Under the pieces are notes generated by a model that was given only the letters and a program-made list of their open reading frames with translations, was not told the DNA's origin and did not search any database. A DNA stretch of 64,000 bases from Octopus sinensis. Lineage: Eukaryota. Location of the stretch: contig NC_043010.1 of assembly GCF_006345805.1 (NCBI RefSeq), forward strand, positions 34,100,001 through 34,164,000. Direction: 5' to 3'. Below are positions 13,464-24,789 of this stretch, piece by piece. Both the position numbers and the translations under genes were made by a program. Position 1 is the first letter of the stretch. Every line of letters starts with the position of its first letter.

Positions 13464-13730
13464 TATACAGAGAGAGAGAGAGAGATAAGATATATATATA
13501 TATATATATATATCTCTTATATAAAGTTAATCCAAACAAGAAAGCACAAAAAACACAACAACGTGAGGACGTGGAACAAAAATAGTATTATTGGACGCTC
13601 AGGAAAGAAGGAAAGAAGGAGGGTTTAACGTTTTGAGCGGAGCTCTTCGTTGGAAACATAGAAGAAGGAAAGATCCAGGGAAGGGAAGACGGAGGAAAAA
13701 AAAATCGCCAACGGTACACACGCAGTCACA

Positions 13731-13761
<31 letters not shown>

Positions 13762-13800
13762 ATATATATATATACATATATATATACACATATGTATACC

Positions 13801-13886
<86 letters not shown>

Positions 13887-13925
13887 TAGATACACACACA
13901 CATTATATATATATATATATATATA
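13380..13925. repeat. Compound (TA)n/(CA)n/(GA)n microsatellite field
   Basis: Direct inspection. Confidence 0.95.
13525..13730 (-). mobile_element. Short element embedded in (TA)n carrying a decayed minimal hammerhead (13623-13657); Penelope-like terminal-repeat type
   Basis: Minus strand reads GTTT-CCAACGA-A-GAGC(TCC)GCTC-AAAAC-GTT-AAAC. It is homologous to the element at 40000-40210 and has (TA)n on both sides. Confidence 0.65.
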
Positions 13926-14217
13926 TACTTCAAACAAAGTTGAAGTTAGTCTTGAGCCTTACAGACAGGCTCATTACACCAGAGCTTATTCTTGGCTTCT
14001 GTTATGAGTGGCTGAGAACAGAAGGTTCTGCTTTGGCTGGAACACCAATCTACCACAAGGTTAACATCCAACTACAGTTCAAACTCAATTCAGCTAAGTG
14101 GACTGTAACAGTAAAGAATATACCTTGCTCAGAGACACAACACGCCACCCAGTTCAGGAATCAAAGCTAACCACTAATCCACGGACATTCATCCTACACA
14201 CACACACATACACACGG

Positions 14218-14405
14218 ATGAGGGAATGGAAAATGGATTTAGCAAGAATCTTTATTCAGCACAACGGTTGTTTCGATTCATCCTACATCTGTCCCTTACA
14301 GGTGGGATAGATGTAAATAAGATACGTATAAGGATGCAGGATGAGTTGAAACGATTGTGGTACTAAATGAAGATCCTTGTTAAATCCATTTTCCATTTCC
14401 CTCAT
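14218..14405. repeat. Foldback element: ~72-bp imperfect inverted arms with a ~43-bp spacer
   Basis: ATGAGGGAATGGAAAATGGATTTAGCAAG..CATCCTACATC pairs with GATGCAGGATG..CTTGTTAAATCCATTTTCCATTTCCCTCAT. Confidence 0.85.
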
Positions 14406-14584
14406 TCATTATATACTCAACAAACACTGCAGAATTCTTGACGTAGATCCAATGAAAATTATATCGTAACTGTGGATCACATCAAGTAACCTAAATGGTA
14501 AAAGTGCTCTAATTGGCATACTACAGACATATACCCAAAGTTCAAATAATTAGTTTTATACACACACACACACACACACATTAT

Positions 14585-14985
14585 TTATCTTGTACTTATT
14601 TCAGTCATTGGACTATGGCTATCCTTGGGTACCACTTTAAAGGGTTTAATTGAACAAGTCGACCCCAGGACTTCTTTTTTTGAAACCCTGGAACAGGTTC
14701 TTATTTCATTGGTCTCTTTTGCTGAACTGCTAAGTTACAAGGCAACACTAGTTGTCAAGCAGTGATCGGGGACAAACACAAAGACAAATGTGCACACACA
14801 CACACACACGCACACATTATATATAAATATACACACACACACACATGATGGGCTTCTTTCAGTTTCTCTCTACCAAATCCACTCACAAGGCTTTGGTCTA
14901 CAGAAAACACTTACTCAAGGTACCATGCAGAGAAACTGAACCTGGACCCATTTGGTTGGGAAGCAAGCTTCTGAGCACACAACCA
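14585..14985 (-). mobile_element. SINE family A
   Basis: Reverse complement of the family A layout. Confidence 0.85.
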
Positions 14986-15298
14986 TTATATATGTATTAT
15001 ATATGTGTTTGTAAATGAATACATATTTATTTAGATATTAAAGTCCAGCTGAAAGAAGAAATAATATAAATACATTTCTTCTTTGCTCTTGATGTATGAA
15101 AAACAGAATGGGAAGTTTCCTGCTGGACAGTTTTTTTTTTGTTTGCTTCATTAAGCACTCCTCAGAAAGATTTACACTGTTTCCTTTTACTCAATAGTAT
15201 AGAGTAATGAGCCAATATATAAAATGGTCATAAATTACACTATCACGGTAGTGGATAGCTTCATTTGTATAATTGTGCTTTTGATGGCCTGTTAGTAA

Positions 15299-15347
<49 letters not shown>

Positions 15348-15352
<5 letters not shown>

Positions 15353-15880
15353 AAATGGATAAATGAATTATCTTGTTAAGGATTATTCAAAATTTAACCG
15401 ATACCTGGGTAGCAAAAATCACAACAGAAAAAACACGGTTGAAGTTACGACCTTGGGGTGTCGCAACCGTGCCTTAGCGCGGATAATTGAAGTTTAATAT
15501 ATTTAGTGAAGGGAAGAAATGGAGCTGAACGAAGATTCTACAGAATTCCTTTTATTATTTTCTACACATGTTTCAAAGGCCGCAAATTTCCAAATTCGGA
15601 CTGAATAAGGAGACCATTTTGCAGCTTTCTCTTCAGGAAAATCCAGGAATTTAAAACTCCAAAACAAATGTGCAGCAAGGTATATATATATACATATATA
15701 TATATTAGAAAGCCTAGCTGTGAGAGAAATATAAGAATGTAAACACATTCTTTCTATACTTTTGATGTCTGGAAAAAAGAGGAGGAGTAAAGGACAGGTA
15801 AGGGTATCCTTTTTTTGAGAAGCAATCCACATGAGATTTCGCTTATCATCAGGCAGGCCACACGACTAAAAAAACTGAAG
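15348..15880. other. CpG-containing island abutting (TA)n, with a hairpin at 15434-15471; probable retroelement terminus
   Basis: It starts directly after a (TA)n tract and contains an 8-bp stem CACGGTTG/CAACCGTG enclosing CGAC/GTCG. An internal short TA tract and two plus-strand donor-like sites (CAG|GTAAGG, AAG|GTAAGT) are also present. Confidence 0.4.
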
Positions 15881-15918
15881 GTAAGTTTTCATTAGGTGTG
15901 CCATTCAGAAAGTCCTGG

Positions 15919-16279
15919 GAGATTTTGATGATGTGATTGTTTATTTTTAAAATGACACTGTAGGGTAGGTGTGATAGACCAGACACAACCAGTTTGAACA
16001 TACAGCAGATAGAATATTTTGGCCAGATATGACCAGTTTAAATGCTAAAAGGGTTAAACTGGCATTATCTGACCTGAGTATTCTACATGTTTTATGTTCA
16101 AACAGGCCAGATCTGGTTTCTTGCACCTACTCTGCAATGTCAGTTTAGAAATAAACAATCACAGCATTGAAATCTTGAAGCTACAAGATAATAAATGCAT
16201 GAGTAATAAAAAAAACAACAAACAATGTGAATAAATAAGCATCACATTTGACAGAGCAATCTGAAAGTTAGGGGGCTAA
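15919..16279. mobile_element. Two TTAA-MITE copies abutting in inverted orientation
   Basis: A partial plus copy ends AAATGCTAAAAGGGTTAA (16056) and a minus copy begins at once. Confidence 0.75.
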
Positions 16280-16329
16280 GTTGATCTGCTGATGGTTACT
16301 GATCAAGCTTGTTGATGGTACAAACTCAT

Positions 16330-18320
16330 GGCAAGATAGAAGGGAACGTGGTAGTAGAATAGCAAGCCATATAAGTAAAGAAACAGACTTGGAAAAACTT
16401 GAAGATAAGAAGTAGCAGAAGGTAATACAAAGTAGTTAGGAGAGATGCTTAGCTAGGAATGAAACAAAGTAAGAGGTTTACACATGTTCTGTGATGTGAG
16501 GATCAGAGGTATGAGATATTCTGGATTGCAAAAGAAAATCCAGAAGTCATTGGCGAGAAGTGTATATGAAATGATAGTGGTACATATGCTCTTAACTTCA
16601 ATGAAAAGAAGGAGGCATGGAACTGCTATTATTTATAGCTGTTAAACGTGGAGAATGAATGGGTGAGAGAAAGCCTAGTCCAGGTAAACCCAATGGAGAA
16701 ACAGTACAATTGACAAAATGATTAAAGGTATGAATGCAGGGAAGGTAACTATTCCATTAAAGAGAATTGCTGAAATGATTAAAAGGTTTGTCAGAGTAAG
16801 GCATGTATTAGTCATATCCACAGTCTATTAAGTCATACAGGAAAGTGTCATACTCAATGACTGGTAAAACAGTATCACAGATGACTACTATAAAAGTAAA
16901 GGAGAATCGTTAGACAGAAGGGCATAAAATTGAAGGACCAGGTTATGAAAGTTAACGAAAGAGTTTTAGCACAGCTAATCAAGACATGAATTAACCTGGA
17001 TGAGATGCAATTTGGTTTTGTACCTCAAATAGATACTGTTGATACGCTTCTCTTAGTGAGACAACAGCAAAAGATTTTGGCTGTTTGATGCTGTATCTAA
17101 CATTCGTTGACCAGGAGAGGAATTTGACATGGTTCCACACTGCATAATTTGTGGGTCTTAATGAAAACAATATGTAGATGAATGGCTTGTGAGAGCTGTG
17201 CAGACCATGTACAAAGATGCATTCAGCAAGGTGATGGCATACAGTGATGAATTTAGTATTCCAGTAAGGGTCCATTAAAACTTAGTCTGTAGCCTCTTCT
17301 ATTTATTATGGTCCTTTGGGCCATATCAGAAGAGTTAAATACAGACAGTCTGGGAACTCCTATATGCTAATGATCTAGTTCATATAACTTAATCTACCAT
17401 AGATTTACAGATTTTTCAGACATAGAGGCAAAACCTGGAATTGAAAGGCCTGAAAGTAAACTTAGCAAAGACTAAAATTATATCAAGTAGAATGGGACCT
17501 TGCTACCATATGCCAAAAAAAAAAAAAAAAAAAAGTGGAAACTTCATACAATGTAACCAATGTATAAACTACAGGTAGAGGAATCACAAGAATGCTAACA
17601 GAGAAAGTAGAGGTTACATATGGAAGATGCACAGCAGCAGCAAACTTTTAAGAGCACATGTAAAATACACTCCCTCATAAACCTGGATCATTCTCTAGAG
17701 GTGGCTGATGATAGCTTTTGTTATCCAGGTGTTCTAATTATTAATGGAGGTGGATGCTCTGAAAGCAGACTAACCAAAGTAAGAATTGGATGGAAATGTT
17801 CAGAGATCTACAATATTTGCTGTTAATGAAGAGCCTCTCTCTCTCTCTTTCAGAGTGAAAGGAAAATTGCATGATGCTTGTGTATAAAATCTGTTGCTGA
17901 ATGGTAATGAAATGTGGGCTTTGGAAGCAGAGGATTTGCGAAGACTTGAAAGAAATGAAGCAAGCAAGCTACGCTGGACGTGTAATGTTGGTACACATGA
18001 ATGATATACCACAAATGAACCGAGAGAAATGATGCAATGTATGAGAGAAAATTACAAGGGTACACACATGCGATGCACATGGAGGATGATGACAACTGTA
18101 TAAGTAATTGCAGGACACCCAAAATGGATAGAACCTATGGAAGAGAAAAATCTAGGAAAACAAGGATTAAGAGTGAAGACTGACCTCAAGATGCCAAACC
18201 TTACAAAGGAGTTATATCAAAGGATTACAATAATGGGCATCCTGCAGTACAGGAGGAGACCTGCCAACCTACACAAGCATGGTACAATAAATGTTAAAAT
18301 GATAGTAGTGATGGTGGCTG
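16330..18320 (+). mobile_element. Decayed, 5'-truncated RTE-clade LINE (reverse transcriptase region and 3' end)
   Basis: Frame-broken RTE RT motifs in the expected order: LDEMQFGFVP (16996-17025), EWLVRAVQTMYKDA, WELLYANDLV (17351-17380, degenerate YADD), KGLKVNLAKTK, GGGCSES, RLERNEAS-LRW. It ends in CCAACC..CAAGCATGG..TGTTAAAATGAT. Confidence 0.9.
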
Positions 18321-18417
18321 GGTGATATATATATCTACATTTGGGTTAATTGCTCAATATCTTTCAGTTAACATTATTTACATTTGACAGATATTTGTCC
18401 TCATCTTGTTTGTTGTT

Positions 18418-18460
18418 AACACGTTTCAGCTGATATACCCTCCAGCCTTCTTCAGGTGTC
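18418..18460 (-). ncRNA. Mirror copy of the hammerhead-like motif in the left arm
   Basis: The reverse complement reads GACAC-CTGAAGA-A-GGCTG(GAGGGTATAT)CAGCT-GAAAC-GTGTT. Confidence 0.55.
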
Positions 18461-18507
18461 TTGCGGAAATTTCAAACCTGGGTTCTTATTCATAAGGTAT
18501 TTTTCGA

Positions 18508-18542
<35 letters not shown>

Positions 18543-18770
18543 GTTTTCAGGTCACTGCTTGTAATCAAACTCGGAATCTTGGGGTTAGTAGCCCGCGCTC
18601 TTAACCACTATGCCATATGCCTGTGGGCGTAATGGTTAAAAGCACAGGCTACTAACCCCAAGATTCCGAGTTTGATTCCAAGCAGTGACCTGAACACTAA
18701 TAATAATAATAATAACTACAACATTGAAAAATACCTTTGGAATGAGAACCCAGGTATGAAATTTCCGCAA

Positions 18771-18813
18771 GACACCTGAAGAAGGCTGGAGAGTATATCA
18801 GCTGAAACGTGTT
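18771..18813 (+). ncRNA. Type I hammerhead-ribozyme-like motif lacking the cleavage triplet
   Basis: GACAC-CTGAAGA-A-GGCTG(GAGAGTATAT)CAGCT-GAAAC-GTGTT gives stem I GACAC/GTGTT, the CUGANGA core, stem II and GAAAC, but no NUH triplet. Confidence 0.55.
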
Positions 18814-18889
18814 AACAACAAACAAGATGAGGACAAATATTCGTCAAATGTAAATAATGTACAGAGTTCCTCATCTCTTAAATATAGAA

Positions 18890-19560
18890 CTGTATCTCTC
18901 AGTTAAGCCTCCATCTTCTGGCCCCTACTTACAGTTGAGCCATTTGCCCAGTATATCTCTCTTAAGCCTCTCTCTACTTTTCATTACCCTCTCATTCTCT
19001 ACCACTACTCTCCCATTATCACTTTTTCTCTCCCATCATGCTCTGATACCCTCTCATCTCTCTATTGCTAATCTCTGTGACTCACTCTCCCTCCTCCTCC
19101 ACTTTCCTATCCACTCTATCTTCCATTTTTTTCTCTCATCATTCTCTCTAATACCATCTTCTTTCACTTTTGCTAATCTCTCTGTCATTGCATTATTTCT
19201 CCCTTCATGCGTTTTGATGCCCTCCCATCTCCCCCTCACTAATTTCTCCACGACATCCTCCCTCTATGCCTCCTCCTCTCTCTTATCCACTATATCATTA
19301 TTTTGTTTCTTCCATCATGCTCTCTGCACCATCTAATTTCTCTAAGATTGTTTCATTTCTCCTATCATGCTCTCTGATATTTGTTTGTCCCTTTAATCAT
19401 CTCACTGTCAGCTGCCCTCTCATCCTTTTCCCATTCAATCATTATCCTATCCACTGTACCATCATTGTTTCTTATATATATCCTACCCTCCAACCAGCAT
19501 TGTATCTCTTCCACTATTCTCTCCCCATTCTTTCTCTTATCTGCCTGCTTGATTATGTTA
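18890..19560. repeat. Pyrimidine-rich low-complexity tract
   Basis: Strong C/T bias on the plus strand and a recurring ATCATGCTCT motif. Confidence 0.7.
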
Positions 19561-20374
19561 TCTTAAATGAACAGAGCCATTGTAGACTAGTGACAACTCT
19601 TTAGACTTATGCATTGCATGGTAACCTCTCAAGTGTTGGTGCCACAGTAAAAATGCACCCATTTCACTCTGTAAAGTAATTAGTGAACTAATGGAGGGAA
19701 TGTACAGTAGAGTGGTCCCTTTTGTCTGTTTGAAAACATAACTGCCTCTCTAGTGCTTGTATCATGATAAAATGCAACGTATACTCTGTGTAAATTGGTC
19801 AGTGTTTAAAAAAAGGAAGATTCAGTTGTTTGATAAGCTGAACTACCCGTTCCTGAACTAAAGTGTAAGTGGCTGAGTGTTAAATTAGACGTGTGTTCCT
19901 AACTTCCTAACATAATTCTCAGGCAGAATCAATTAAGACGGTATCTTTTGAATTACAATCATGCCCACAATCATTCACAAAGTGTGGGTCAATCCAAGTC
20001 TATAGAAAACCACATTTGCTCAAGATGGCACATAATGGGATCAAACTTGGAAACTTGTGGTTGCAAAGTGAACTTCTTACCCATCCAGTCATACTGCATA
20101 CACATACATGTGGAAGCATATACACATGTGCAAACATGCACACATACATACACATGCAAGCATGCACACACACACACACAAACATGTCATAAATTATGGT
20201 GTACTTGTTGATTTGACATACAAATTGATCTTCAGATTTATAGCTCAAAATTCTGTTAGACCTATATCTACTATATATTACTGGTAAACATGGTGGTACA
20301 CCTAAAATATAACTAAGTAAACTGTACTCTTTGATGACTATCCTAGGGTTGTTGTATCTATTTCTTTTATTTTC

Positions 20375-21250
20375 ATCATCATCATCATCGTCGTTTAACG
20401 TCCGTTCTCCATGCTAGCATGGGTTGGACGGTTCGACCGGGGTTCTGGGAAGCCAGAAGGCTGCACCAGGCTCCAGTCTAATTTGGCAATGTTTCTACAG
20501 CTGGATGCCCTTCCTAACGCCAACCACTCCGTGAGTGTAGTGGGTGCTTTTTACGTGCCACCTGCACAGGTGCCAGGCGGGGCTGGCAACGGCCACGGTC
20601 AGATTGGTGTATTTTATGTGCCACCGGCACGGAAGCCAGTCGAGGCGGTGCTGGCATCGGCCACGAGTCGGATAGTGCTTTTTACGTACCACCAGACCAG
20701 GGATCCTGGCTGGTTCAATTCGATTTCGATTTCGCTTGCCCCAACATGTCTTCACAAGCAAAGGGGGTTGGCAAGGGTGCCTGTCGTACGGTCGCATTGG
20801 AGTATTTTACGTGCCACGGCCACGAGTCGGATAGTGCTTTACGTACCACCAGACCAGGGATACTGGCTGGTTCAATTCGATTTCGATTTCGCTTGCCCCA
20901 CATGTCTTCACAAGCAAAGGGGGTTGGCAAGGTGCCTGTCGTACGGTCGCATTGGAGTATTTTACGTGCACGGCCACGAGTCGGATAGTGCTTTACGTAC
21001 CACCAGACCAGGGATACTGGCTGGTTCAATTCGATTTCGATTTCGCTTGCCCCAACATGTCTTCACAAGCAAAGGGGGTTGGCAAGGGTGCCTGTCGTAC
21101 GGTCGCATTGGAGTATTTTACGTGCCACGGCCACGAGTCGGATAGTGCTTTACGTACCACCAGACCAGGGATCCTGGCTGGTTCAATTCGATTTCGATTT
21201 CGCTTGCCCCAACATGTCTTCACAAGCAAAGGGGGTTGGCATGGGTGCCT
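20375..21250 (-). mobile_element. Young RTE-tailed SINE-like element with a tandemly amplified 5' region
   Basis: The plus strand begins (CAT)n-GTTTAACGTCC..CCATGCTAGCATGGGTTGG..GGATGCCCTTCCTAACGCCAACC and continues into a tandem array. CpGs are intact. Confidence 0.9.
20659..21250. repeat. Tandem array of about 3.8 copies of a ~157-bp unit
   Basis: Units start with GGCCACGAGTCGG at 20659, 20818, 20972 and 21129. They are near-identical, differing mainly by single-base indels. Confidence 0.95.
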
Positions 21251-22910
21251 TATTTTATTTTATTTTATTTAGTTTCAGCTCACAAGCAGTGGCCATGCTG
21301 GGGCACCGCCATATAAGTATGTATCTTAAAATACATACATATTATTATATAGAAAAACATGATTGTCCACCTTCTACAAAATATGTAAGTAAACAGTACT
21401 TATTGCTAACCTCAGCCTTTCGCATCAGTTATATAAATAAACAACCATTGGTGCCACCTACCCCATACAATCAACTGCAAAACTGTTTGTTCATCACAGT
21501 TGTAGAAGTCAGAGCAGGACTGGAACAAAAGTGAAACTACCTTGAAGTAGATGTCAGAGACAGAATGTGCTTCAAGAAGTGGCTTGAATTTGAAAATACT
21601 GAGAATAGTGGATCAACAAAATGGTTATACAGCTATACAACCAGCATACTCATTCAGACATCTATGTGGGCAAATACACATTCAAGTGAAGGCAAGGGTT
21701 TCAAAGCAAAAGTAAACTGGTGTTTCCACTTTATGAAATGAAAAATTGCACAGAAATTCTGGCAGACATAAAAAAAAAAACACTCCAAAAAATGTAATTT
21801 CCATAAATATATCTTTAGAATGGCAATGCAATATGACCAACCATTAAGTGACTAAGTATCAAATTGGTAATACAGATGAATGAGATTTGGTAGATGGAGA
21901 CTTATAGAAACCTGTTGTGTATGTGCATGTATTTGAATTCATGTGTTTTCAGATTGACATTAGGCAATGGTGATATCTTAATACTTTCAATAAGTCTCGT
22001 GTAACCCATGCTAACAAGGAAAAAGCAGATTTAAATATTATTTTAATGATGATATTATGATAATGAATATTACAAAACATTTCATAGGCCCTAATACACA
22101 CACAATTCCAGGATCCACATTTATGGCACAAACATTTTAATAAAAACACAGTAAATGTCAGCTATAGCTGTACTACAGTTAATCTTAAAGGAAGACATAT
22201 AAATAAACATGCACACACACATAAGAACACTTGTAACAGCATATGCTGTTAGATATGCAGGAGTAGACAAAGATGCCAAAAGATGGACAAACAGGTAAAT
22301 AAATAGATATATGAATGGATTGTTATAAACAGAAATAAACATAACTATGCGTGAGATATGAAAAAATGATTATGATAAAAAGATACAGACAACCAGATGT
22401 TTGGATAAACAGACACATATATTGTGAGAAATATATAAACAGATGCACTGAATTATTGTCTGAATTACAGGAAATGGACAGTTCAAAATTTACATTAAAA
22501 AATAAATATCAGTATGCATGTGTACATACAGCTATTCTTTTCCCTTGCTATCAAAACATATATACACAATCATTTTGTTCTCCTATATATGAGTGTGCGT
22601 GTGGTGTGTGTGTGTATATATATATATACACACACACACACACATATTATATATGTATGTATGTATATATTTGTAATGTTTAATTATTTAATTATATAAT
22701 TTTCCCCTGAATGCCTATTCAATATTTTTGCTACCAATACCATGTCTAAAATATTTGTAAAACTCTGAGTACTAACAGAGATTGGTAACATTGTTACTGC
22801 CATAAAGAATTACACTATTTCCATATTCAGTACTTTTGAAACTAGTTTTTAAATTCAAAAGGCACACACACACAAACATGTAGCTGTGTATTTATGTAAG
22901 TATACATGTG

Positions 22911-22949
<39 letters not shown>

Positions 22950-23187
22950 AGAGTAGGGAATATGGATTATCTTGCACACAAGGAATATGAAAACTAAGTG
23001 TGGAGGTATGAAGTAAAGGAATTCCTTGTGTCTTTGCAGTCGAAGAACACAATCAATATCAGAAATGGCTGCTACCACACAAAGCAAAGCTAATTCTCTT
23101 TAGCCAACTGTGTTGAAAGGCAGGAGAAAAACTGAGAGAGAGAGAGAGTGAAAGAGAGTGAGCTTATGATGAAGATGTGGTGGTGGG

Positions 23188-23244
<57 letters not shown>

Positions 23245-23561
23245 CATACATACACACACACTAAAAACAAATGTGCCTGGAGTGTACAATACACATGCAC
23301 ATGATATATATATACAATGCATAATACATATAGATATAATACATTAATATAATGATATATATGTATGTGTGTGTGTGTATATTATATTATGTTATGTATA
23401 TATATAAAATAGATTTTTTATATATGTATAAATTATATATACACAACACACATATATACATATGTATGGATGCATACATAAATATGTCTATACATACATA
23501 TATACATATGTATATATATATATGTATGCATAAATGTGTAAAATATATATTTACAAATGCA

Positions 23562-23603
<42 letters not shown>

Positions 23604-23829
23604 TACATATGTATATTTTTATACATATACATATAAAGATATATTATACACATACATACGTGCACATATACACAGACACAAGCAGTGCCATTAATTTCCA
23701 ATACTTTGTGAAAACATGTCTGCCCATAGAAAATATCCTGTTACTTGGATATAGGTGAATGTTGGCAACAGGAAGGGCATCCTACTGTAGAAAATTAGTT
23801 TCAATAAACTCTGTCAGATTCATGCAACC

Positions 23830-23856
23830 AAAAGTTACATATATATAAATCTATTT

Positions 23857-23890
<34 letters not shown>

Positions 23891-24103
23891 ATAAATATAT
23901 ATAAATCTATAAATATATATTTATATATATATATAAATCTATAAATCTATATTTATATAAGTATATTTATATATATATAAATCTATAATATATATTTATA
24001 TAAATATATATATACCTAAAAATCTATATAAATCTATAAATATATATAAATAAAAATCTATATAAATCTCTCTCTCTCTATATATATATATAATATATAA
24101 ATC

Positions 24104-24142
<39 letters not shown>

Positions 24143-24229
24143 CTATAGATATATAAATAAATAAATAAATAAATATATACTTATATATAAATATACATAT
24201 ATATAATATGCATATATATATAAACATAA

Positions 24230-24270
<41 letters not shown>
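23830..24270. repeat. Near-pure AT degenerate satellite (AAATCTATAT units within (TA)n)
   Basis: Direct inspection. Confidence 0.85.
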
Positions 24271-24280
<10 letters not shown>

Positions 24281-24789
24281 TACATTACATATATACATAC
24301 ATGTGTGTGTGTATATTATATATATATATCAAAATAAAAATATACATACCATATTTTAACATGAATAAGGAACCCACTAATTTTCGGGGCTTAAAATTTG
24401 AGAAAAAGATTTAGTAAGGTATCATATCCATGTATAAGAAATTCCCATATCTTTAAAACCTAATTTTTGATTAAAAAGAAAACAGTTACTTATACACGTT
24501 AAAATATGGTATATATATATATATATATTCACATATGTTATTTGATCTTCATCATAATAACTTTGATGCCTACTTTTCCAAGCTTGCAGGGACTGGACAA
24601 AATTCTTTGAAGCAGATTTTTCCTGTTGTCAACCATCACCCGTCCCCAAACAAAGTAATATCTCACATAGTCCTTCAAAATTTGACACTTGAATATGTAA
24701 ATACACACACACATACACACATTAATGTGTATCTTCTGTGTCTTCACTCTAGGGAGTCGGAAATCATTTGTTTTAGTTTCTCCAAGTAG

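Larger units (their letters stand above)
18371..18860. mobile_element. 490-bp palindromic (foldback) element: two head-to-head units of tRNA-like head + (AAT)n + hammerhead-like tail
   Basis: Arms 18371-18614 and 18626-18860 are reverse complements around an 11-nt spacer. They differ by scattered substitutions and in microsatellite length. Confidence 0.9.

Noticed and set aside
15830-15860. CTGATGA-TAAGC-GAAA on the minus strand as a hammerhead
   Set aside because: There is no stem II and no correctly placed NUH.
18626-18690. A true tRNA-Ser gene
   Set aside because: There is no acceptor stem pairing, the B box is decayed, and the sequence continues into repeat; it is a SINE-type head.
20411-21145. 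The longest ORF in the track (244 aa) and its overlapping ORFs
   Set aside because: They lie wholly within a SINE-like element and its tandem array, and the peptide repeats in shifting frames.
20659-21250. CRISPR-like appearance of the array
   Set aside because: The units are contiguous near-identical repeats with no unique spacers, there are no cas genes, and the context is eukaryotic.
21130-21250. HDV-like ribozyme in the array unit (CTT..AAG, GG, GCGAA on the minus strand)
   Set aside because: The P1 and P2 helices could not be paired by hand.
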